Origin: Saccostrea echinata
Taxonomy: Eukaryota
Reading direction: 5' to 3'
Assembly: GCF_033153115.1 (NCBI RefSeq)
Contig: NW_026889808.1
Coordinates: forward strand, 744,001 to 808,000
DNA length: 64,000 bases
Shown here: positions 25,601 to 37,800 of the stretch, one piece after another
Position numbering within the stretch: position 1 is the stretch's first letter
How the letters are laid out: each line of letters begins with the position of its first letter
Made by a program: the position numbers and the translations under genes
Notes under the pieces: generated by a model
Seen by the model: only the letters and a program-made list of their open reading frames with translations
Database searches by the model: none
Told to the model about the DNA's origin: nothing

Positions 25601-28600
25601 TCATACATTTGCAAAAGTTGTCTAAAATGAGAGTGAAAAAATATCAAGCAAATGGAATCTTTGATCCAAATATTTAAAAAAAAAAAAAAAAAAAATTTAC
25701 TCTCAAAAGTTATGTCCACCAAGTGTATACACTTTATTATTGTATGCCTTTCTATCATAAAAAAGAGAAAGAGAAGAGGAAGTTATGAACTGTAGAACAT
25801 AAAGCCATCCATTATATTAAGTTATAGTTTATTGGCATCTGCAATTTTTTTTATTGTACATAGTGATCTAAGGGTGTCTTACAAACTATACAAACACACT
25901 AGATTTATTGAAGGAAATATTTTCTAGCTAAGTTTATAGTCCTGTACGTTTATTTTTAATGCAATGGATGAATTACTGTCTATGTTGTTTAGATTTACAC
26001 AGGACATTTCCTGAGAATATATACTTCTCTACCAAGGATGGTCTACGTAGCTCGCTCAGTAACGTCCTGATAGCCATCTCACATCATAACCCAGACAAAG
26101 GTTATTGTCAGGTGAGTCACTGTCAAACTGACCAATCAAGTGTCTGTCTGATTTAAACTGACCAATCAAGTCACTGTCAGGTTCAAACTGACCAATCAAG
26201 TCACTCTCTGATTCAAACTGACCAATTAAGTCTCTGTCTGATTTAAACTGACCAATCAAGTCACTGTCAGATTCACACTGACCACTCAAGTCACTGTCTG
26301 ATTCAGACTGACCAATCAAGTCACTGTCTGGCTCAAACTGACCAATCAAGTCATTGTCTAATTCAAATGGACCAATCTAGTCACTGTCTGGTTCAAATTG
26401 ACCAGTCAAGTCAATGTCTGGTTTACTGACCAATCGAGTCACTGTCTGGTTCAAACTGACCAATGACTGAACAAATCATTGTCTTGGACTGAATTTTATA
26501 GCCAAATTGCTGTTTTTTACAGGGACTGAATTTTATAGCTGGATTGTTATTTTTTACAGGGACTAAATTTTATAGCTGGATTGTTGCTCCTTATTGTTAA
26601 GGATGAAGAGAGTGTGTTCTGGCTTATGGATTGTCTGATGAATGAAATATTACCAGGTCAGTATAATATATACAGGTCAAGGGTTCATGCAGTTTTTCCT
26701 CTTGTCATATACATTGACACAGTTTTAACGGGATAACTTTTAAGATCATATTGGTTAACCTATCCCCTTGATATATGAACAAACCCTTCTTCTACATGTA
26801 ACCAGTAGATATCAGATTTCCAGTTAGCCATTGCATCTCAATTTGAGATTTACCTATATATGTTAAGTATATATCTGTTTCAGAAAACTACTTTTACATA
26901 TTTATGATGTTTTTTCAGATTTTTATTCCCCTGGTATGGAAGCCGTCAAGGCAGAACAAGAGTTGTTAGGAGAAATCATTAAGTAAGTCTGTACTTTGAT
27001 TTAAAAAGTTTGTAGTGAGTTATGTGCTCAAAACATCAAAAATCATTTGAAAGTATGTTAATGTGTATTTCGATTTTGAAACATTTTATAGTGATGCATA
27101 TGATTCATATATAGGAGAAATCATCATGTAGTCTGTACTGCTTTGAATAAAACATGTATATGTGTGGTAAACCTCTGTAAGTCTGTACTGCATATATAGA
27201 AGAAATAGAGAAGAGGGTACTCAGAAAATTAAGAGAAAATTGTACTAATATTTACATAGTTACATGTTACATGTATATGTTTGGTTCCTTAAGTGTAGTT
27301 TGTATTTTTTTTAAGATGGAAGGACCCTGTTCTTTATCAGCACATGGATACAGTGGGGGTCCACTGGTGCCTTGTAGGGACAAAGTGGTTCATGTGTTTA
27401 TTTGCTGATGTACTGCCAACAGAGGTACATGTAGTTATTGTAGCTTCTGTAACAATTTTATAATTTTGATTTACCAAACACAGGCATGTAGAAAGCTGCC
27501 CCTCTATCTTTGCAAAAGGTGTTCTGGGACAGTTGAGATTTAGTTGTTATAAATTTCAGTATTTATGAAAATTGGTCCATTTTATGTTTATCATTATAAA
27601 TAAAGGGTGACCAGAAATCATATAATGAGACTAGAAAATGAAGAAGCCAATAATAAAATTTGGTCAAACGTAAAATAAATAAATTGTTTATAATCTCCCC
27701 CCTTCACCAGCTGTATCTGTGAGTAATTCTCAAACTTCATTTATAATCTCCCCATCACCACTGTATCTGAATAATTGTCTTTGTAGACTGTTCTACGTAT
27801 TTGGGACTGCATGTTTTATGAGGGCAGTAAAGTTCTACTTCGAGTATCAACAATGTTGATCCTACAGAACAGAGACCGACTAATGGCCTGCAGTAACTTC
27901 ACGTCGATGGTGAATGAGCTTCAGTCCATCATCAAAAATCCACAGAGTCTGAACTGTCACAAGTTAATGAAGGTGAGAGAGGGTATGGAAAAGTGTAGGT
28001 TCTTATGGCTGCTTCTTCAACATGTGAAGATAACAAACAGTGATCAGTTTCATCAATCCAGTTAAAAAATGAATACAAAATCATGAACAGGGCTAAAAAC
28101 ACAAATCCCTGGAACACCCGAGTTGGGATCGGGTGCCTGGAGGAGTAAGCATCCCCTGTTGAGTGGTCACAACCACCATGAGCTCTCTGTGTTGATTAAG
28201 TAAACAGAGTAATCAGTAGTCCAACTGGTGGGATAGAAATCGTCATGGATGATTCATTTCATTTCACTGATGTTTCAGTTAATTGGTACTTTACATATAT
28301 ATTATGTGAATAAATTTATATCTTAATTCTATACAGTCAAACCTTGTTATCTTAAACTCCATTGGACTAAGAAAAAAAAATTGAAATATCCAAAAGATCT
28401 GTGATACTTACAGAATTAAAAGGTGGTTTTGGATATGGAAGTTTGAGATACTGAAGTTCAGCTGCATAGATATGCAGTAGAAATTATTACTGTAATTGCA
28501 TTGCATTTCAATTTTTTTTTTCATTTTCCCAATCCAAATTGAAATTCACAGATTCTTTTTCATTTACTGAATAACTTCTTTTGCAGCACTGTTTTAAGAG

Positions 28601-28670
28601 ACTGGGTTCATTCCCCCATTCCCGGATTGAGAAAATGAGGCGTGAGTGTCTGGCTAGAGTGGGGGACTGA
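22651..28670 (+). CDS. GRTP1: Growth hormone-regulated TBC protein 1 (Rab-GAP, TBC1D6). Exons 22651-22688, 23007-23161, 25073-25119, 25346-25457, 25993-26111, 26560-26656, 26919-26982, 27316-27424, 27787-27972, 28587-28670.
   Basis: Spliced translation gives VDGYGFDR..YLPVLARRESRW..VKRFCRKGIPNEHR..VWMLLSGA..IALDLHRTFP (Arg finger)..GYCQGLNFIAG (Gln finger)..[34 protein letters not shown], collinear with vertebrate GRTP1. All introns are GT-AG with matching phases. Confidence 0.92.
26112..26465. repeat. 30-bp minisatellite (~12 copies) starting at the GRTP1 exon 5 donor
   Basis: Unit aagtcactgtctgattcaaactgaccaatc. Confidence 0.95.
26486..26586 (+). repeat. 37-bp triplication spanning the GRTP1 exon 6 acceptor
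   Basis: ggactgaattttatagc..ttttttacag occurs twice in the intron, followed by the exonic ggactaaattttatagctggattg. Confidence 0.9.
28104..28222. repeat. Fragment of a common interspersed repeat, possibly a Penelope-like element end
   Basis: gggatcgggtgcctggaggagtaagcatcccctgt..; recognised from memory only, class unverified. Confidence 0.35.
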
Positions 28671-30461
28671 CATCTACAAAAGTAAAGAGACTTCAAACAT
28701 GCCTCAAGCTTGGATGTCATCTGGAATAATCTAAAAGGGCAGTGAAATTATTTTGAAGATTACTGAGTAGTTATGATGTCATCTTGAAATTTTAAAATGG
28801 CCTTGTTGTAAACTGAAAAATGAATGCTGATCCCATGATAATATCTTGAAGATTTCAAAAAGGTTATGATTATAAGCTCTTGATGTACCTGTTACTTTGT
28901 AAATTTTAGTGAGGACCTGATTTCAGTGTATGAAACTCCTGTTAGCCTACATTCTCTATACTACCTACTCTTCATCAGGGATGATAATTTTTTTAATTCA
29001 GTATTTTTATGTCACCAGAGTCACCAGATATGTTTTTTTTTTAAAGCCTGAGAAACTCATGAAAGTTGCTCAATACTCAGGTGACTGTCATGGCCCATGG
29101 GCCTTTTGCTAGTTAATTCGGAAAAATCTGCCTAACAAGTACATTTTTCAGGAGTTTCATATACTGCTTGTTGTTAATTGAAGATTTCTGAAAGGTCTTG
29201 GTGTCGTAGGAGGTACATTTATCATTTCTATTGGAACTAAATATCATAAAAATCAGTGTATGATTTTCCTGCCATTTTAGCATTATGTTCATATAGATTT
29301 TGTTGAAATGTTGGTATATATTTACAATTTTAAGGTTTTTTTCTGATCTCATTATTTATTATCAGTAGATGAACATGTTTTCTTTGTTTTCAGTTCAGTT
29401 GAATTAAGGGCCATGTATTTGTTCTTTTTGTGTAATTTAAGAAATATTTTACATATCTTTTATAAGTCTAGCAAAACATGTTGATTAGTGTATCTTCTAA
29501 TGCAAATTCCAGTCCATAAATGGCCATATCTTAAATATACACAACTTATCTACCTGGAAATTTTGTCTGCATTTAGCTAACATACAAAAGAAGCAGGGAT
29601 GTATTTATAGCACAGTATAGCATAGCAAGTACAGATACAGCAAAGTAGTACCCTTAGATGTTTCATTTAAAAATGCCTTTGACTCGATCAGCACTTTGAA
29701 TAGATAAAAAGAATTTATTCATAGGTTGCAGTGAATCACATAAATTTTGGACACAAATTTTAGCTCAAATTCTCCTGCTGGGAATTGATCCATTTTGCTG
29801 GATATTCATATAGATTACTAATACAGTTGTTCTATAAAGCTAACAGACCATCTCTTCTATTGTGAAATCAGTATTTTATCAACTGTTAAACTTTGTAATT
29901 GTTGTCTGTCCTATAAAATTTTTTTATAGAACTTTAAAAAACACAAAGCTAAAAAAAAATATCTTCTAAAGAATGGATATGAGTATACGTTTTAGAACAC
30001 TTTATTCCCAGACAATAAATAGTCACACAAAATACTCTTTTTTCTGGAAAGAAATTGTTATCTTATTGTCTGATATCAAACAATTTAATTTATTCTGCAA
30101 ACATTTTTTTTGCAAAATGTTGGAAAGTTTTTTTTTTATTGATAAATTTGGTTTTTTTATTCCAATTATTAATCAGTTAACTATATCAGTAGCAAATCTT
30201 TTTTGCAAATTTTTCAATTTTGAAATCCATGTGCTGTTTGTTTTTGTATAAAATTAGTTTGTATTTATTATCATGCTAGATTAATTAAGTCATGTTTTTG
30301 ATGATATTAATACTCCTGTTTTGTCCAATCCGATGCATTCCGTTATTTATTGTTAATCATTCTAATTTGGATTCACTCTTTCTTTTTTAGGTTATCAGAA
30401 TTTACTAATGATTAGGAAGGAAAGTAGAAGTGGTACATTTTAACCTCTGAACTATTATAAT

Positions 30462-32066
30462 TAGGGATGTCAATTTTATCAATAATTCATATTCGAATAT
30501 TCAATGAAAGTATTCGAATATATTCGAATATTCGATAAAATAAATAAATCTGTTTTATTTTAAATATGCATCATCCTACTCTCATAAAAGGTTTAGCGTA
30601 GGTATACTTATATTGGAAGTAAAATTGTAGGTGTACAATAAGAAATTCCATTTGATATTTGTCAATGTTTGAAATAAATAATTGATTTAAATGTAGAAAA
30701 GTATAATTCTAACAAATGAAACGTGTATTTATTGTAGCTCTAACTGAGGAACCATTCGTCTTTCAAAAGGCAAGATAGTCGTAACGGTATACTGTTCAGA
30801 TTTCAATACGTGGGTGCGTATCATTACCGCTACATTTTCAAAATTTTCATTACCGCTACATGCACATTACCTCTACAAAAAATTTAAGGATACATTACCG
30901 CTACATTTAAAAGTATACATTACCGCTACATTGTACATTGCCTCTTTCGTTAGCCAGCGTCTTATGCGTGTACAGTACAACATATATATACATGCATAAG
31001 ACCTATTTCCCTACATCTCCACACTTTGGAGTGTTTAAATGTCTTATTTATACGAAATTTATATCCATTGAAAACTAATCCTGCATTAATATTATCGCGA
31101 TTTGTTACAAACATCTCAACAGTAGCAATGACATTCATGTGACGCTAAATCTACTACAGACTCATATAGGCCTATACTAATTTTGATTAGAATTCAGATC
31201 CAAATTGTACTTCACTACATGGTGAGTGAATTATATTGAATGGAACTCAATTACCGTGCCATTGCTGGCCGATTTGGTATGAAGCGGTAATGAGTTGTTG
31301 TCGGCATTAGCTCCTTTGATAAAATGTAGCGGTAATGATCGCCCGAAAATTTTAGAAAATGTAGCGGTAATGAGTTGAAAATTTTCGCAATATAGCGGTA
31401 ATGTTGACCTCCCCAATACATGTACGTGTAATGAATTACAATTATCTACCTGATAAGAGATATGATTATAATCTTTGATACAATGTAAACAAATATTTCC
31501 ATAGACAATTTTCCTAGGTAATTAACTAATTTCCCGATAATGAATATAAAATTCGGGATTATGTACAACCCGAAATAATCAAGTAATTTACACATTTATT
31601 CTGAAATTAAGCCCTTTACAATATTAATTACAGATTAATTCTATCGAACATTCATTCAATGATCAATTAATCTTATTTTGGTAAGTATACTCTTCACGCC
31701 TTTTAGACATTCTTAGATTTCATTTTTGTCCTCAATTCTAGATCCGATCGTATCTAACTAATAAAAACTATGAAAGTACGTTTTGTATTATACATAAAGC
31801 ATTTTTGTACAATTCTTTAACACCTTACTCAAAACAAAATACATGTAATTTAGTAGATTTATAAGATAAGAAAGTAGTGAAAGAAATTGATCGCTAGTAA
31901 ATTAAACAGGGATAATTCCAGCACTGTTCTAATCAAAATTTATTAATCACAGTACTTCTTTTTATGAAATCTGAAAAAACACCGAATATTTGAATCTTAA
32001 ATTCATATTCGAATATCAACTCATCGAATGAATATTCGAATGTTTGAATATTCGTTGCCATCCCTA
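30462..32066. mobile_element. hAT-type non-autonomous element with a nested MITE
   Basis: TIR TAGGGATG.CAA / TTGCCATCCCTA; 8-bp TSD attataat (30454-30461, 32067-32074); subterminal ttcgaata repeats. Confidence 0.85.
30812..31414. mobile_element. MITE nested in the hAT element
   Basis: Imperfect GGG-ended TIRs; multiple cattaccgctaca / tgtagcggtaatg subterminal repeats; flanks aatacgt / aatacat. Confidence 0.7.
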
Positions 32067-33401
32067 ATTATAATGCATAAATTCAGGGGGTTACACCTTT
32101 ATAACCACACCTCCTCTCCTGGAACCTCTGTCTATTCCTTTATATCCTTATTTGGTCATCACTTATCATCATGGATATGGCAAGGCATATTTTTGAGATG
32201 GATTTATATGTATTTAGAAGAGGGATAATTACCACATACTTCAAAATTGATTGTCATCTCATTATGAACAAAAAATATCCATTTGAAACACACAAACAGT
32301 CAAACCTTGTCATCTAAAACTCAATTGGACCAACAAAAAACTTAGATATATCCAAGCAGTTAAGATGTTGAAGTTGAAATACTTAAAGAAAAAGTGGTTG
32401 GGTCTTCCAGCTCGTCTACATATCCATTGCATTGGATATATCCATGTTCAAGACACCAAATAGCAATTGTTCTAACTTGTAAGTGATTCAAGTGAGCATT
32501 ATGGTCCATTTACCTCTTTTTTTCTTTTTTTTAAAGGGGGGGGGGGGGGGGGGGGGGGAGTGTTAAGGTTCAGTTTAATCGAGATTCATATTGCCATGGT
32601 TCACTTATTTTGGATTTACTAGATCAGTTTGAAGACTTTCAGTGATCTCAGCAGCCCTATCAAAAATGACTGAATGTAAATGTCTACAGTAAGCCAATGC
32701 TGTCAGCTGAATTAATAATTAATAGAGCTCTACACCTGTTCATGCTTTCCTTTTAAACTTGCAACCTACATGCACTTTGAGAAATTTCTCAAAAGGAGTT
32801 ATATTGGTCTACATAAAAAAGAATGTTTGTCTTGAAAGAAAAAAATATACAAATTCAGACAGAAAAATTACTAATTTTTTTCCATGTGACTGCAAAAATC
32901 ATGAAAGTTGTTTCAAAGGAAGTTTATTTATGATGCAACAGTAGTATTTCAATTTTTTCCATAAGAAATTGTCATCTTTATTTAGCATATCCAGATTTTT
33001 TTGTGCCATATCAGAAATGGGGACCAATCATAAAATAATTAATAATTCAGATATATATACACAATTATTTACTTAATGCCAGACGCAAAACTTATCATTT
33101 CAGTATTTATTTTTAAGACAGTTTTTTTTTGTTTAAGATGATTGTTTATGTCAGTGCAATACCTTTATATATATGTATACACATCACCTAGCTTAATTAG
33201 CAATAAAAGAATTAAAAATATCTCCTTGTTTCACGCCTTGTTTATTGAAACAGACTGGATCAGTGTTTCAGTTGAATCAGTTCATTTGGTTAGGTGTAAA
33301 TTCCTAGTACATATTCTGCTGTATATCCAATAATTTGTTTTGATCTCTAGACAAATTTGTCAAAATAAGAGAATGGTGTGAGTTATCACATTTACATATA
33401 A

Positions 33402-33634
33402 GGCTATCTTTAAAAAATTGTTGGTTGCCCTCTCCCAACCAACTGGCTAAAAAGGGCCCAACTCAAAACTTTTTTTAACCTCCAGGAAACAATTTTTTAT
33501 GCATTTCAGAAAATAAATTTGGAAAATTCAGCATTGATGTTGAAATTTTCCAGGAAAAAAATTCCCACCTACCAACCCAATTTTTTTCAACTTGAGTTGG
33601 GAGAGAGCAAACAAACATTATTTTAAAGTTGGCC
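33402..33634. mobile_element. MITE with GGC...GCC ends and TAA TSD (Zator- or PIF/Harbinger-type)
   Basis: taa|ggctatctttaaaaaattgttggttgccctctcc ... ggagagagcaaacaaacattattttaaagttggcc|taa. Confidence 0.65.
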
Positions 33635-34898
33635 TAAATGATAAATAATTATAAGCCAAGCTTAAGTTTACATAAGTGTTTATTCATTCTGTTTATACTC
33701 TTGTTTATTACATATTTAGGAGATATCTACATCAACAGATAATTAAATTACCACAACAGTCAAACACCCACACGTGTCACACTTACAAACCTAATAAACG
33801 CAAATACTCTCTATCAAAAATTACACTCGTACTCACACAAAACTGATTTCCAACTGCAAAAGTTAGCATTTTGGGGGGGACAGTACAGGTAATTCATGAT
33901 CATGCTGAATTAACATTTCAATAAATTCCCCTTTCTAATGTACACACATACATCACAGCAGTCAATACATAATTAGACAGTGTCATGAGATGCCATATAC
34001 ATTCTCAATTTAACATACATGTATAAGGAACAAGGTCACATTGGAATCCTCTGTTACTGAATCCTACGAATTAAATGTTTAGCTCAAGTTTCATTTCTAC
34101 TAATCTGCTTCTAGTATTTTACAAGTAGCATAAAAGCTTTGGATATGTTATACTGAAGATAAAACTTTATATCATTTTTTTCCAGTGTTTGAATCAAAAT
34201 ATAAGACAAAATTTGAAAAAAAATGTCCCTGTATACTATGTAAGATACCTACAATACAATCCTCAGTGATTTATCACAATCTTCAATTCCAACCCATAAT
34301 AATACATGTAAATATTGTGCTGTTATATTTGATACAGAGAAAGTACAATTTTTTTTGTAATCAACCCTTTTTTATAAAAGAATCCACATTGACTAACTAC
34401 AAGAACATACAGAACATGTAATACCCTCACTAGTAACTAGACTAGAACTTTGCAAAAAGTGTTTATACACACACATTCTACAAACAATATTGTAAATTTC
34501 GTAACATACTAACATGCTGGAATTCTTGGTTCAATATCGTATAAAGAGACCTAGAGAAAATGGCCCCATTCTTGAGCACCCTCCCTGAATAAAAACAAGT
34601 TTAGATTTGTTCATAGCATTTACACACTGGACTTCAATACACAGGAGTACTTTATAGCCTTATCTTTAAAATGTACTTTTTCCATCTAAAATTTCACTGC
34701 TGTACCCTGTAAATTAAATATTAAAAATGACAGATATCCTCTCCACTGTTGCAAGAGAGAAGGGATGTAGGCTCAGTACATTGATTCACCTTATAAATAT
34801 TTTAATTTTAACTTTCATAATTTCCCTGTTATTAGAACAGTATATTGAAAGAAACATTCGATGGTAAATCACAGGAAATAGCTAGAGACAGGAAGTGA

Positions 34899-37800
34899 CT
34901 AGTCCTTCTTTAGGCGGGTTGTGGTCATTCTGTAGATAATACTATCCCGGCCAGGGTCAATGTTCCACATTCCGTAAGATACTGCGAAGATGACGACAAA
35001 CATGGCGATCATCATCCACAGAATAATGTTAAATATGGCAGGGTAGTTCTCGTCGTAATCTTTGGAGAGATTGATATTCACTTCAGAGTCCTGAAATCGG
35101 AGCAAGATTTTTATAGACATTCTTTAACTCAATATCAATAACAATTACCAAGGCCAAAATAGTTGACCTGATAGACAATTGACTACTACAGATTTATTTT
35201 GCTCAAGACCTCTAAATACCAGTACATTGTTTTTGAATACATTGTAAAACTTTAAATATTGAACTGTAGAGAAATAGATGACTTTCACAATTATAAAAGT
35301 TATTTCCCTTTGCGGGGTCAATTTGGGGTCATCTGGCGTAAGGCACTGTTTTCCATCTATAACATTACCAAGGTTGAAAATATTTACAGGTAACTTACAA
35401 AGGACAAAGTGAGAAAAATGAGAGTTATGCCAACAACGGGAGATAACTCTTAAGAATGTGAAATTCGTCCATTGAAGCATTGTCTGAGATTTCACTTAAG
35501 ACAGATTAGGACTATTACAACAAAAAATGTAGGGGGGAATAAAACTTTCTTTAGAGGACAACCACTCATAAAATTATTTTTTTTTCCTTCCTCCCCACCC
35601 ATGAAAATAAATTAAAAGTACCATCCCATGTAAATTGTTTACTGATTAAAACTCCAGCCATCCTCTTGTGTGACTTTAATAAAACAACTTAAGTTACTCT
35701 TAAGTTACTTCCCTTGTACATCACAAACTTCAATCAATATTATCAGCACTGTGGCTTATGTATTACCCCTCTACTGTTCCTTACATCAAATGCCATCAGT
35801 GAATAATCATGCAGTAGTATGACCTCCATCCCTCAATATGCCCCCCTTCCCCTCCATCATGCCCTGTTCCTACCATTTATTGCCATCAGTAAATGATCAG
35901 AGCAATGCAGCAGTATGACCTTCACCCTCTGTGAGGTCTCCTTTCCCCTCTGTTACTTACATCCACGGCCATCAGACTTCTCGTTTTTCTGACATATTTT
36001 TTCTCAGGATTAATGGCCAGCACCTCCACCACCACATTATCTTTGTACAACTTCTTGAAATCCTCCGTCATCTAAAATCATATATATTCCATTTAGATAT
36101 CTACAGGTGTTTTTTCATCTGAAATTATACCTATTCCATTTACATATTTGCAGGGGTATTTTTTTTTTTACTTTCTTTGATTCAGACAGTCTGAAGAGAG
36201 CCTTATACAGGGAGATTTTTGTCACAATCTATTATTACACCTACCACCGTTGTCAGTAGGTGAATTCAAAGTAAGGCAAATTCAACAAAGACAGATTTAT
36301 CTCCCTTTCACAACTAGGGATGGATATCGGCAAAAATTTCGTATCTTGATATATCACGATTTTTTTTCCAAAAAATATCACGATAAATCATGATATTTTT
36401 ACACACAATTTTTGCTACAATTTCAAATGAATTCCCGTAATATTTCTTAAAAATATGCTATAAAAACATAATTTTACTTTTTAAATTTTCATTTATTTAA
36501 TATAAAGCATGTTTTGATGCTGTTGTTTAACTGTTTTCAAAATTTTTTACACTTCCTGTAATTGTCATTCAATAGTTTGAACAAATTAAATGAATAATTT
36601 CCGGAATTTATAGTTATGTACCAAATACCAGTATTTTAGTCTCCGTGTCACGATACGTATCACACAATAAAAAATTGTGATAAACCGGTATACCGATAAA
36701 ATCGCACATCCCTAAACACAACTTTGGGCAAATTTTAAAATGGGGCAAAATGTTTGCAAATCTGAATGGTCTGACAAGGGGTGAAAATAATCCCGTAAAC
36801 GTTCAACTAAACTTCTGTTATTGATTAACTATACATCTGTTATTTGGTTAACTCCAGTTAATACTTAAGTACGTTCACCCTGTATGATTATCATACTTGT
36901 ACACATCATAAAAGCCTGTTGAAGTCTGTGTGTTGTTTGTCTTACCTTTGTAATAAAGTCTGATATCAATCTGTGAGCGTCCTCTGTCTGCGGGGACTTC
37001 CTTCCGTGTTTGGTAACGATATCATGTAGACCAGTGATGGTGAACGAGAAGAGATCTGGGGTTTTACTCTTTAGCATCTCTGGATGATCACTCACCTACA
37101 AATGAAAGATTTAAATTTAATTCATCTACAGATGTACATGCATCTGAACTGTGTGCTTACAATGCCTTAAAGGTGCTTAGACACAGATTTGCACTTAATA
37201 TTTTCTCAAATTTTCTGCATGAAAACACGACTTATATATTGCAATAGCATTTCACACGAAAACATAATTAAAACCTTATTTTATCTGGAAATTATTGAAA
37301 CTACGAATCCCGGGATGCATTTGATTAACACATCTTTGCACTTAATACACAAATTTTAACTTTATCCTTAATATTTAAGAAAAGAAGCGATTTTGTTATG
37401 TATTAATGAAAATATTACATTTATAATCCAGAAAATTAAGAGTAGAAATGTTCGAAAGCAAAACCAACTCACCAGATATTGTCAGTCCGTGCTCAGTGAT
37501 GTGTGTAGAGTTTAACAAATTGAATACACCCGTGAAATGTAAACTGTTTTTGTAAACAGGGCATGAGCTCTGTTGTTGTTAATGTTTACGATTCATCGGG
37601 TGTGTTCAATTGTTAAACTCTGCACACACCACTGAGCACGGACTTACAATACTGCGGGTGGGTTTTGCTTTCGAACATTTCTACTCTGAATTTTCTGGGT
37701 TATAGTTTTAATATTTATCATTAATACACAACAAAATTGCCACTTTTCTTAAGTATTAAGAATAAAATTAAAATATGTGAAAGAGCAAGGATGTGTCAAT

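Noticed and set aside
26056-26349. 97-aa ORF with IGQFEPDSDL repeats
   Set aside because: It is the antisense translation of the 30-bp intronic minisatellite in GRTP1; no independent coding evidence.
27687-27775. ~52-bp duplication just upstream of the GRTP1 exon 9 acceptor
   Set aside because: Real duplication, but it does not include the AG or exon sequence, so it was not counted among the junction-anchored cases.
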